Assembly: GCA_014297435.1 (NCBI GenBank)
Contig: JACOQA010000002.1
Span: forward strand, 32,001 to 96,000
Reading direction: 5' to 3'
DNA length: 64,000 nucleotides
Source of the DNA: Candidatus Nanohaloarchaea archaeon
GTDB taxonomy: Archaea > Nanohalarchaeota > Nanosalinia > Nanosalinales > Nanosalinaceae
The translations under genes were made by a program, and so were the position numbers. Of this stretch, positions 55,675 to 64,000 are shown piece after piece. A model generated the notes under the pieces. The model had not been told where the DNA came from and made no database searches. It saw only the letters and a program-made list of their open reading frames with translations. Numbering within the stretch: position 1 is the stretch's first letter; each line of letters opens with the position of its first letter.

Positions 55675-56364
55675 CTAGAAGATTCCTTCTCCATCCGACT
55701 CCATCAACCCATCATCTGTTATCTTAAATCTTCTTGACTTCCCTTCAGGCATCGAGCGATGTTTCTCTATCTCGGCTTTCCTTATACCTTGTTCAACGGT
55801 GGATAGTTTGAGAAGACATTTTGACCAGTAGCGCGGCACGTCTCGTCCTACTAGTTCAAGATCGTCCTCATCGAATGAAGTGTAAACCTGGTTTGTCACT
55901 AGAACCGGGATCTCTTCTTTTCGTGCGATCTTCGAGAGGTGCGAGAGAAGCTGTGAAAGAGTCTGGTTAACTTTCTGTACTTTGTCTCCTGTTGCCTGTA
56001 GTCTGTATAGCGAGACTAGAGAGTCGACTATGATTATCTCTGGATCGTGTTTCTCGACTACTGATTCAAGCGACATTATCGCGTCTACTTGTTCTTCGAA
56101 GGTTACTGGTTCGTTTACGACTATGTTTTCAAGTGCTTCGTCGGATGCGATCTGTGTAAATCTTTCTGGACTGAATCCTTTCTCGGTGTCGATATAAACG
56201 GCTTTATCTCCGTTCTCGCAGACATTCGCCGCTACCTGTATGCAGAAGTTGGTTTTTCCTGAGCCGGATTCGCCGAAGACGTTGGTGACGATTCCGCGCT
56301 CGATCCCCCCTTTTAGGAACGAGTCAATAGGCTCGCTCCCCGTTTCGAGCCTTTCAACTTTCAC
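55675..56364 (-). CDS. radB: DNA repair and recombination protein RadB
   Basis: GESGSGKT, YIDTE.GFSPER, IIVDS, VTNQV, EKHR; likely start GTG 56364. Confidence 0.95.
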   Translation of the reverse strand: MKVERLETGSEPIDSFLKGGIERGIVTNVFGESGSGKTNFCIQVAANVCENGDKAVYIDTEKGFSPERFTQIASDEALENIVVNEPVTFEEQVDAIMSLESVVEKHDPEIIIVDSLVSLYRLQATGDKVQKVNQTLSQLLSHLSKIARKEEIPVLVTNQVYTSFDEDDLELVGRDVPRYWSKCLLKLSTVEQGIRKAEIEKHRSMPEGKSRRFKITDDGLMESDGEGIF

Positions 56365-56468
56365 AGTACAGAGTTCTATCAAAAGCTTTTATCGTTGTCC
56401 GATGGCAAACATGTTTTTTACTGACGTCAACAAAAAACCGTTTAAATGTTGACCCTAATTGTAGGCTT

Positions 56469-56816
56469 ATGTCCGAAAAGGAAGCCGACCTACTGACATA
56501 CAATACTCTGAAGGACCGTTTCGAATCAGTCTACGAACGGAACAAGTTCTACAGGGGTTTATTCGGCTACAAACAGACCGTGAAGAAGAACGGCAAAAAG
56601 TACGAATACGAGAAGGAAGGCTTGATGGATGAAATACCTAATGCAAGGATCGATGACTCAGTGTTTATAATCGCGAAGAAGAACACTGAACGTGTGGTCG
56701 ACTACTTTCAGGACTGGGGCAACAAGGTGTCCCACCACGTCTTCACAGTACTAGTAGAAGACGAGGAAATCATTCAGAAGATCAAAGGTGATACTCATGA
56801 CAGACAACGAAGATGA
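56469..56816 (+). CDS. Conserved small protein, possible Cas2/VapD/PaaX-like ferredoxin fold
   Basis: LLTYN...[12 protein letters not shown]...DSVFII; overlaps the cdc48 start. Confidence 0.55.
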   Translation: MSEKEADLLTYNTLKDRFESVYERNKFYRGLFGYKQTVKKNGKKYEYEKEGLMDEIPNARIDDSVFIIAKKNTERVVDYFQDWGNKVSHHVFTVLVEDEEIIQKIKGDTHDRQRR

Positions 56817-59085
56817 TAACGTAAAACTACGTGTAGGAGAAGTGCCGCCAAACGCCCAACAAGACATAGGAAGAGGGATCGTCAGAATCGACTCCAAAGT
56901 GATGGACGAACTCGGCGTAACCGAAGGCGACGCAGTAAGCATAAAAGATGATAGAGAAACAGTAGGAAGAGTTGCAAGAAGTTATCCTGCCGACAAAGGT
57001 CTTGGAATAGCAAGAATGGACGGCTACATGCGTAAAAACGCAGGCACCTCACTAGGACAGAAAGTAGATGTATCAAAGGCCGAACTAGAAGAAGCCGACA
57101 AAATAACACTGGCTCCAGCAGAAGAAGGAGTAATGATCCAGGTTAACAACCCAGATATTTTCAAGAAAGCCCTGTTAGGACGCGCCGTCATGAAGGGCGA
57201 CATAGTAGTTCCTGGAGAACCAAGCGATAGAAGAAAATCGCTTTTCGACGAGTTCTCTCACGCATTCGACATGGATACCGACCATTTCAAGTTCTCGTTT
57301 GGTCAAGATACAAAGCTTGCAGTCGTCTCTACTAAACCTAAAGGCGCTGTCAAGATAACAGAAAAAACGGAGATCGAAGTGAAACAGCAAGCAGTAGAAT
57401 CAACCGAACAACAGGAAGTAAGAGTTCCCGAAGTCACTTACGAAGACATCGGAGGACTCGAAGAAGAAATACAGCAAGTAAGAGAAATGATAGAGCTACC
57501 TCTGAAACATCCTGAAGTCTTCCAGCAATTAGGGATAGATGCGCCTTCAGGCGTGCTGCTTCACGGACCTCCAGGAACAGGAAAAACGTTACTGGCTAAG
57601 GCTGTAGCCAACGAAGCCGACGCAACTTTCATGTCGATCAACGGTCCAGAAATCATGTCAAAATACTACGGAGAATCAGAAAAACAGCTAAGGGAGAAGT
57701 TCGAGGAAGCCCAGGACAACGCACCTGCAATTATCTTCATCGACGAAATCGATGCCATCGCATCCAAAAGAAGCGAAGTCGGTGGCGAAGTCGAAAGAAG
57801 AGTTGTTGCACAGCTACTCTCCTTGATGGACGGACTTGAAGAACGTGAGAACGTTATCGTGATCGCTGCAACAAACCGTGTAGATGCTGTAGACGAAGCT
57901 CTTAGAAGAGGCGGAAGATTCGACAGAGAGATCGAAATAGGAGTTCCTAACAGAGAGGGCAGGAAGGAGATCATGCAGATCCATACCCGAAACATGCCTT
58001 TAACCGACAATGTTGACTTGGGCGAGCTCGCAGAAAACACGCATGGCTACGTGGGAGCAGACCTAGAGGCAGTAGCAAAAGAGGCAGCTATGTCAGTTCT
58101 CAGAGACGTGTTGCCGGAAATAGACCTGGATGAAGAGATTCCTAGCGAGGTGATGGAACAACTCGTTGTAGATCGAGATTCCATGCTTGAAGGTATCAGA
58201 AAGGTTCAGCCTTCCGCGATGAGAGAAGTAATGGTTGAAATACCTTCTGTCACTTGGGAAGATGTAGGGGGTCTGGAGAGTACGAAAGAGAATTTGCGAG
58301 AGATGGTCGAATGGCCTCAGAAATACCCTGAACGCTTTGAGAAGATGGGTATTGAGGTTCCGAAAGGCATCCTACTATACGGACTCCCAGGAACAGGAAA
58401 AACACTGTTAGCGAAAGCCGTAGCGAACGAAGCCAACGCCAACTTCATCTCAATCAAAGGACCTGAAATTTTCTCAAAGTATGTTGGTGAATCTGAGGAA
58501 GCCGTAAGAGAAGTCTTCCAGAAAGCTCGCCAAGTCGCACCATGTATCCTGTTCATCGATGAGATCGACTCCATTGCAACCAAGAGAGGATCGAGAAGTG
58601 ATTCAGGTGTAGGCGACCGTGTTGTCAACCAGTTACTAACAGAATTGGACGGTATTGAAAACCTTGAAGGCGTGACAGTGATCGCTGCAACGAACAGACC
58701 TGACCTGATCGATCCCGCAATCCTGAGACCCGGGAGAATTGATAGAGACATAGAGGTAGAGGTACCGGATCTAGAGGCTAGAAAGAGGATTCTCGAAGTC
58801 CACACGAGCAAAATGCCTCTAAACTCGGATGTAGATCTTGATGACCTTGCAGATAGGCTTGAAGGTTATGTAGGAAGCGATATCGAGTCACTGACTAGAG
58901 AGGCCGGTATGAAAGCTCTCAGAGAAGACACCGAATCTGAAGAAGTCAAGATGGAGCACTTCGAGCAGGCGATGGAAGAGACAAGTCCGACAGCGACCGA
59001 GGAAAACATGGAGCATTACAAGGCGATGATGCAAAAGATGGATCAAGTCGAGGAACCTGATGAAGGACCTGACTACTACGCCTAA
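56797..59085 (+). CDS. cdc48: CDC48/VCP (VAT) AAA+ ATPase
   Basis: N-domain, two AAA modules ([16 protein letters not shown]; IDEID), C-terminal HbYX-like YYA; SD AGGTGA. Confidence 0.98.
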   Translation: MTDNEDDNVKLRVGEVPPNAQQDIGRGIVRIDSKVMDELGVTEGDAVSIKDDRETVGRVARSYPADKGLGIARMDGYMRKNAGTSLGQKVDVSKAELEEADKITLAPAEEGVMIQVNNPDIFKKALLGRAVMKGDIVVPGEPSDRRKSLFDEFSHAFDMDTDHFKFSFGQDTKLAVVSTKPKGAVKITEKTEIEVKQQAVESTEQQEVRVPEVTYEDIGGLEEEIQQVREMIELPLKHPEVFQQLGIDAPSGVLLHGPPGTGKTLLAKAVANEADATFMSINGPEIMSKYYGESEKQLREKFEEAQDNAPAIIFIDEIDAIASKRSEVGGEVERRVVAQLLSLMDGLEERENVIVIAATNRVDAVDEALRRGGRFDREIEIGVPNREGRKEIMQIHTRNMPLTDNVDLGELAENTHGYVGADLEAVAKEAAMSVLRDVLPEIDLDEEIPSEVMEQLVVDRDSMLEGIRKVQPSAMREVMVEIPSVTWEDVGGLESTKENLREMVEWPQKYPERFEKMGIEVPKGILLYGLPGTGKTLLAKAVANEANANFISIKGPEIFSKYVGESEEAVREVFQKARQVAPCILFIDEIDSIATKRGSRSDSGVGDRVVNQLLTELDGIENLEGVTVIAATNRPDLIDPAILRPGRIDRDIEVEVPDLEARKRILEVHTSKMPLNSDVDLDDLADRLEGYVGSDIESLTREAGMKALREDTESEEVKMEHFEQAMEETSPTATEENMEHYKAMMQKMDQVEEPDEGPDYYA

Positions 59086-59164
59086 AACCACTCTCCTAAT
59101 TTTTCCTCTTAATCCTCCAATTAACCAAGTGGTATAATAAACGGTTCAGCAAAAATGTTTGAAT

Positions 59165-60145
59165 ATGACCGACGATTTTGAGTGCGATAAATGCGGAGAT
59201 TCTTTCGACTCGGAAAGAGGGTTGAAAGTCCACACCGCACAGATGCATAATGGAGAAGACTCAAAAGAACAACCCAAAACCAATACTGAAGAACCTGAGG
59301 CATCTACAAACTCGAAAATTTCTGTTTCGAAGAAGAACTTTGTCTCAGGAGTTTTCATCCTAGGTCTGGCGCTAGGATTTATTGGAGGTATCTATGCACC
59401 TGTCCCGGGAGACACCTCCGAGGCGTTGGAAACAACCGGAAGCACAGCACCCGAGATAGATTCTGAAGGATCGCAGAACGCTGACACCAACACAGGTTCT
59501 GAAGTTGTAACCCTTCAGGAAACGAAGTATCCTTACGGCAACTTGAATCACGGGGTAGGTTCAGGCACAATAACCAAGGGCAACAAGACTTTTGATGTTG
59601 AGGGAGAGCCTTACATCGGCAGTGAAGACTCTGAAGTTACGATGGTTGCGTTTGAAGACTTTGAATGTCCGTTCTGCAACCGCTTCAACAACAACGCGTT
59701 TCCTTCGATTGTTGAGAACCATGTGAGGGCTGGCGAAGCACGTTACTACTGGAAGAACTTCCCTCTGCAGCGCCTACACCCTTGGGCTGAAGCATCAGGA
59801 GTTGCAGCCGAATGTGCTCTAAATCAGGACAGTGAGGCGTTCTGGATCTTCAAGAACGGATTCTTCAACAACCAAGACGCTTTGAACAACGTCTATAAAT
59901 CCGATCAAGCAAAGTTCGATCAGTCAATGAAGAAATGGGCTTCACAGATTGGTTTAGACACAGAGAAGTTCAACTCGTGCTACGACAATCAGGAAGAGCT
60001 TGAAGAGGTTCAAGAAGACCAGCAGCAAGGTTCAGAGCTTGGAGTTAGCGGCACACCTACGGTGTTTGTCAACGACCAGAAGTTGGTAGGCGCTCAGCCT
60101 TATTCCAAGTTTGAGTCCGCAATCAACTCAAAATTGGGACAGTGA
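59165..60145 (+). CDS. DsbA-family thiol-disulfide oxidoreductase with N-terminal C2H2 zinc finger and TM
   Basis: CDKC...HTAQMH; TM; FEDFECPFC; GVSGTPT. Confidence 0.9.
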   Translation: MTDDFECDKCGDSFDSERGLKVHTAQMHNGEDSKEQPKTNTEEPEASTNSKISVSKKNFVSGVFILGLALGFIGGIYAPVPGDTSEALETTGSTAPEIDSEGSQNADTNTGSEVVTLQETKYPYGNLNHGVGSGTITKGNKTFDVEGEPYIGSEDSEVTMVAFEDFECPFCNRFNNNAFPSIVENHVRAGEARYYWKNFPLQRLHPWAEASGVAAECALNQDSEAFWIFKNGFFNNQDALNNVYKSDQAKFDQSMKKWASQIGLDTEKFNSCYDNQEELEEVQEDQQQGSELGVSGTPTVFVNDQKLVGAQPYSKFESAINSKLGQ

Positions 60146-60651
60146 ACACGAAGGAAAAAACCAGAAGACTTAGAGAAGCTTTCAGGGCAAGCGTGAAGAC
60201 GAAAAAGAGATTGCTTGCCACCTCAGTATCTATTTTTTCTGTTTTCTCTCTTATGGTCTTAAGTGCAAGACCTATCTATACCTACCAGATGCTAGATTCT
60301 AGCCTTCTAAGCCTTCCTGTAGCGATAAAGGACCTCTACCTTTACAACAACCCTGGAAAAATCAGTATGGCTCTTACTGCAATCTACTCATTTTTAGGAG
60401 GAATAGCGCTAGTAATATCTTACGTACAGTTGAGAACTCAGGGATTGAACTTGAAAGGTGTCACCAGCATAGCTCCTGGTTTCTTGGTAAGTGGCTGTGC
60501 CGGGTGCGGAGTAGGAATAATAGGTTTACTGGGTTTTACAGGTGCTTTAGCTGCCTTGCCTTTCGGAGGAAACCTAGTTATGTTGGGAGGAATTCTGCTG
60601 CTTATCTTCTATCTAAACAGAACTGGTAACCCGGAGACGTGCAAGATATAG
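60142..60651 (+). CDS. Four-TM membrane protein with CxxC
   Basis: SGCAGCG in a TM region plus C-terminal Cys; GTGA overlap with the DsbA gene. Confidence 0.75.
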   Translation: MNTKEKTRRLREAFRASVKTKKRLLATSVSIFSVFSLMVLSARPIYTYQMLDSSLLSLPVAIKDLYLYNNPGKISMALTAIYSFLGGIALVISYVQLRTQGLNLKGVTSIAPGFLVSGCAGCGVGIIGLLGFTGALAALPFGGNLVMLGGILLLIFYLNRTGNPETCKI

Positions 60652-61542
60652 TTAACGACGGGTTGTAACGATGTTTTCACCGCCATCCATTCCTACTAAA
60701 ACAGTATGTTCTGCCTGGGCAACCAGTGAACCTTCTCGATCCTTCAATACATCGTAAGACTTCACAACCCCTTTCTGGACAAGCTTGTTCAAAGCCATTT
60801 TGTAACGACCGCCATAATTGTTCAGCCAGCGAGAAGTAAACGGAAGACCGTTAAAATTCTTTATTTCTCCCATAAGCTTTCTTTCAGCTCTGCCTCTAAC
60901 ACTTCTGTTCGATTCAAGCATGTAGATATTGCCAGGTTTGCCGTTCATCATCTTACCAGAACCTGTCGAAATAAAGGGCTCTATAGCCACAGCGTCTCCT
61001 TTCTTGAATTCGTGTGTTGAAGCGTTATCGCAGTTAGGTACTGAAACTCCGGCGTGTTGTGTGTAACGGTCAAGATAATGTCCGGTCAAGTTTGTAACTA
61101 TATTATATTCGCCAGGGACCTGTCTCTCTACATGTCTGCCGAACTCACCAATAGTCTTACCTGGTTCAACGAAATCCAGCGCTTCCTCAAGAACTTTCTC
61201 GACTGTTTCTATCATATCCTGATGTTTGCCTGATGGGTTTACTGTTAGAGCAGTATCGGCTATAAAGCCATCAGAATGAGCGCCTATATCCACCTTTAAA
61301 ACATCATCAGCTTTTAGCTCTCTATCTCCGCCCGGCGGAGGAGTATAATGCGCCGCTTGTTCGTTAATCGAAAGATTAACAGGGAACGCAGGTTCTAAAC
61401 CGTCATTTCTAATAGATTTTTCGACTTTCTCGGCAATATCCACAAGTTTGGTTCCTGGCTTTGCCTCCTCTCTAGCCAGTTTTCTGGCTTTCTGAACTGT
61501 TTCCCCTGCCTTAATGTAGTTGTCTTTTTCTGACTGCTCCAT
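60652..61542 (-). CDS. map: Methionine aminopeptidase type II
   Basis: AFPVNLSINEQAAHYTP, KVDIGAHSDGFIADTA, LTGH, AIEPF, QAEHT; start ATG 61542. Confidence 0.97.
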   Translation of the reverse strand: MEQSEKDNYIKAGETVQKARKLAREEAKPGTKLVDIAEKVEKSIRNDGLEPAFPVNLSINEQAAHYTPPPGGDRELKADDVLKVDIGAHSDGFIADTALTVNPSGKHQDMIETVEKVLEEALDFVEPGKTIGEFGRHVERQVPGEYNIVTNLTGHYLDRYTQHAGVSVPNCDNASTHEFKKGDAVAIEPFISTGSGKMMNGKPGNIYMLESNRSVRGRAERKLMGEIKNFNGLPFTSRWLNNYGGRYKMALNKLVQKGVVKSYDVLKDREGSLVAQAEHTVLVGMDGGENIVTTRR

Positions 61543-61714
61543 GTACCTACGGATCATGAAGAAAGTTAAAACTCCTTCGGAGAACAATCTTACCCCCGCT
61601 TTCTCTATATTCGATCACGTTTCCTGACAGAATAAATTCGAAGAGAACCTGTAAGAACAATCCGAATATATTTTCTACTTTAGAATAGAAGAATTGAAAG
61701 AACAAATGACGCGA

Positions 61715-62848
61715 CTAAGCTGCTTCTCTAACTTTTTCAGCTATTTCTTCCGCCAGCTCCGAATCAAGTGTCTCAGGGACAATCCTGTCCTTTCTAGGTT
61801 CGACAAAGTTTCTGATAGCCTCTGAAGCCGCCAGCTTCATTTCTTCATCTATATCCGAAGCTTCTGCATCTAGAGCTCCTCTGAAAACACCCGGGAAAGC
61901 AAGAGAGTTATTCACCTGGTTATCGAAGTCAGATCTTCCTGTCGCCACGATCTCTGCTCCCGCCTCTTTAGCTTCACTTGGCATAATTTCAGGATCAGGG
62001 TTTGCACAGGCAAAAACTATAGAGTCTTTATTCATACTAGAGACCATTCCTTTCGACACCACTCCGCCAGTTGAAAGCCCTATAAGGACATCAGCGCCCT
62101 CTATCGCATCCTCTAATGTTCCGGATTCCTGTGATGCCTGGGTTCTCTCCGCAAGATCCTGTTTGTATTCGTTTCCCTCATCTGTTCTCAGGATCCCGGA
62201 GGAATCGACAGGAACAATATTTTCCGCTCCAGCATCGAGAAGAATATTTGATACAGCTATTCCTGATGCTCCAGCACCCAGCACAACTATTCTGGAATCG
62301 CTCAAATCCTTTTCGACAATTTCAAGTGCATTTCTCAAGGCGGCAAGCATCACTATGGCGGTACCATGCTGATCATCGTGGAAGACCGGGACATCCATCC
62401 TTCTCTTCAGCTCTTCCTCTATACGGAAACATTCCGGCGAGCTAATATCCTCAAGGTTTACACCTCCCAGCGTAGGTTCAGTTCTTTCAACCGTTTCAAT
62501 AATTTCTTCAGAAGTCTCCGTATCAAGAACTAAAGGAAATGCATCTACGTTTCCAAACTTTTTGAACAGGTTGCATTTTCCTTCCATTACAGGCATCGAT
62601 GCCTCTGGTCCGATATCTCCTAGACCTAGAACAGCTGAACCGTCCGAGACAACGGCCACGAGATTGCCTTTTGTAGTATATTCACGGGCTTTGTCCTTAT
62701 CTTTCGCAATCTCCTTGCATGGTTCAGCAACGCCAGGAGTATAGACAAGGTTAAGATCTTCCTTTGATTCTACATCTACAGCAGATTCGATTGAAATTTT
62801 TCCAGGTTTTCTAGAATGAAGCTCCAGGGCATCCTCTCTGTTGGTCAT
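61715..62848 (-). CDS. mae: NAD(P)-dependent malic enzyme
   Basis: YTPGVAEPC, GSAVLGLG, VMEGK, NLEDI, FHDDQHGTA, GAGASG, NQVNNSLAFPG. Confidence 0.96.
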   Translation of the reverse strand: MTNREDALELHSRKPGKISIESAVDVESKEDLNLVYTPGVAEPCKEIAKDKDKAREYTTKGNLVAVVSDGSAVLGLGDIGPEASMPVMEGKCNLFKKFGNVDAFPLVLDTETSEEIIETVERTEPTLGGVNLEDISSPECFRIEEELKRRMDVPVFHDDQHGTAIVMLAALRNALEIVEKDLSDSRIVVLGAGASGIAVSNILLDAGAENIVPVDSSGILRTDEGNEYKQDLAERTQASQESGTLEDAIEGADVLIGLSTGGVVSKGMVSSMNKDSIVFACANPDPEIMPSEAKEAGAEIVATGRSDFDNQVNNSLAFPGVFRGALDAEASDIDEEMKLAASEAIRNFVEPRKDRIVPETLDSELAEEIAEKVREAA

Positions 62849-62894
62849 AAACTTAGAGTGCGAGAATGGTTGTTAAATTAGTTCAAGTAACCTT

Positions 62895-64000
62895 TCACTC
62901 AATATCCAAAACTATGTCACTTATGTACAGTTTTCCTTTTCGCAAAATCGCAGGGTTAAGATCGATTTCCTTGATCTCTTCATGCTCCAAAGAAAGATCT
63001 CCAAGACGAACAATAGCTTCCTTCACAGGTTCAAGATCGTGTTTTTCTCCCCTAACACCTTCAAACAGTTCAGAACTTTCTAATTCTTCTATCATTCTTT
63101 CTGCTTCCTCCTCGGCAAAAGGCGGTATTCCGAAGGAGACATCGTTTAAAGCTTCTATGTAGATCCCACCCAGACCTACCATTATCATCGGTCCAAACTG
63201 CGGATCCCGTTTCATACCTAGAGCAACTTCCAAACCATCAAGCTCTTCCTGTACCTGTATGCCCCTAATCTCAGATCCTGAAGAATTAACGTGTACGTTG
63301 TTCATGATCTCTCTAAATCCATCTTTCACGTCTTGTTTTGATTCGACGCCTGTTACGACCCCCCCAACATCTGTCTTATGGTCTATGTCAGGAGAATCAA
63401 CTTTGAGCACAACTGGAAAACCAACGCCTTGAGCAGCTTCAACGCCTTCAAAGGGAGTTTCAGCTACTTCAGTCAAAGCAATATCAAAGCCATGTGCTTC
63501 GAATAATTTTTCAGCGTCTTCGTAACTCGAATAATCCTTTAAAGCAGTTTCAGCCTTATCTAAGTCGTATTCTAAATCTAGACTAGTCTCTTCTTTCTCA
63601 AGAAATTCTTTGTATTTTTTCATGGCTTTCAGCGCCTTTACTGCGTCTTTAGGATCCTCGAATTCTGGAACCTGGTTTTCTTCAAGCATTCTTTTTCCTT
63701 TCATGACGTCCTGTTCGCCCATGAAACATGCGAAAACTGGTTTATCCGATTCCTGATCGGCTTTGATAACTGTTTTAGCAGTCTTCTTAATCTCAGTGTT
63801 GGCTTGAGGAGTAAGCAGAACCAATGCGGCATCGACTTCTTCATCTTTTAGAGCCGATTCAAGTGCTTTTCTGTAAAGCGTATGTCCTGCATCGCCTATT
63901 ACATCTAGAGGGTTGTGAGCCTTCGCCTCTTCGGGCAGAAAATCTCTCATTTCCCTTTTAGTATCACCTGTAAACTCAGCTAATTCTAAACCATTTTCAG
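62895..64000 (-). CDS. acd: Acetate/acyl-CoA ligase (ADP-forming), fused alpha-beta, 5'-truncated
   Basis: HNPLDVIGDA, GFPVVLKVDSPDIDHKTDVGGV, DPQFGP, EIDLNP. Confidence 0.93.
   Translation of the reverse strand, partial: ENGLELAEFTGDTKREMRDFLPEEAKAHNPLDVIGDAGHTLYRKALESALKDEEVDAALVLLTPQANTEIKKTAKTVIKADQESDKPVFACFMGEQDVMKGKRMLEENQVPEFEDPKDAVKALKAMKKYKEFLEKEETSLDLEYDLDKAETALKDYSSYEDAEKLFEAHGFDIALTEVAETPFEGVEAAQGVGFPVVLKVDSPDIDHKTDVGGVVTGVESKQDVKDGFREIMNNVHVNSSGSEIRGIQVQEELDGLEVALGMKRDPQFGPMIMVGLGGIYIEALNDVSFGIPPFAEEEAERMIEELESSELFEGVRGEKHDLEPVKEAIVRLGDLSLEHEEIKEIDLNPAILRKGKLYISDIVLDIE

Noticed and set aside
46809-59085. Inteins in topA, radB or cdc48 as the source of the LAGLIDADG fragments
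   Set aside because: All three have normal lengths and contiguous motifs; the endonuclease gene is separate and opposite to topA.
980-63162. Many Ser-rich antisense ORFs in the track
   Set aside because: Expected reverse complements of GAA/GAC-rich acidic genes.
1-64000. CRISPR array, tRNA, rRNA, IS elements
   Set aside because: No regularly spaced repeats, T-loop cloverleafs, rRNA-like tracts or transposase ORFs noticed by eye; tRNAscan-SE and Infernal would be needed to exclude them fully.

Overview
Archaeal chromosomal segment whose very acidic (Glu/Asp-rich) proteins, moderate GC, mostly leaderless TATA-ATG promoters and gene content point to a nanohaloarchaeon (DPANN; taxonomy is inferred). 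Housekeeping genes: leuS (5'-truncated), slyD, ftsZ, secE-spt5-rpl11-rpl1-rpl10, rpl12, alaS, tyrS, serS, a YbaK-type editing protein, rtcA, topA, radB, cdc48, map, malic enzyme and an ADP-forming acyl-CoA ligase (truncated). Accessory parts: a 3.9-kb insertion between rpl10 and rpl12 carrying a 32-Cys secreted protein; three tandem S-layer paralogues with two toxin-antitoxin pairs among them; a MacB/FtsX-type ABC locus; a chorismate-to-Phe/Tyr operon flanked by two chorismate mutases; and a decayed LAGLIDADG-HTH gene. The best novel candidate is absent from the ORF track: four intergenic regions share a micro-ORF cassette (ATG, then in-frame GGT GGA YGN NTT) whose +1 frame stays open toward the next start. 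This resembles a prfB-like +1 frameshift or translational-coupling sensor. One copy lies before serS with a Ser codon in the putative A site, and two copies continue into Thr/His-rich leader peptides coupled to acidic [AT]DGG-motif proteins. No rRNA, tRNA, CRISPR array or transposase was recognised by eye.
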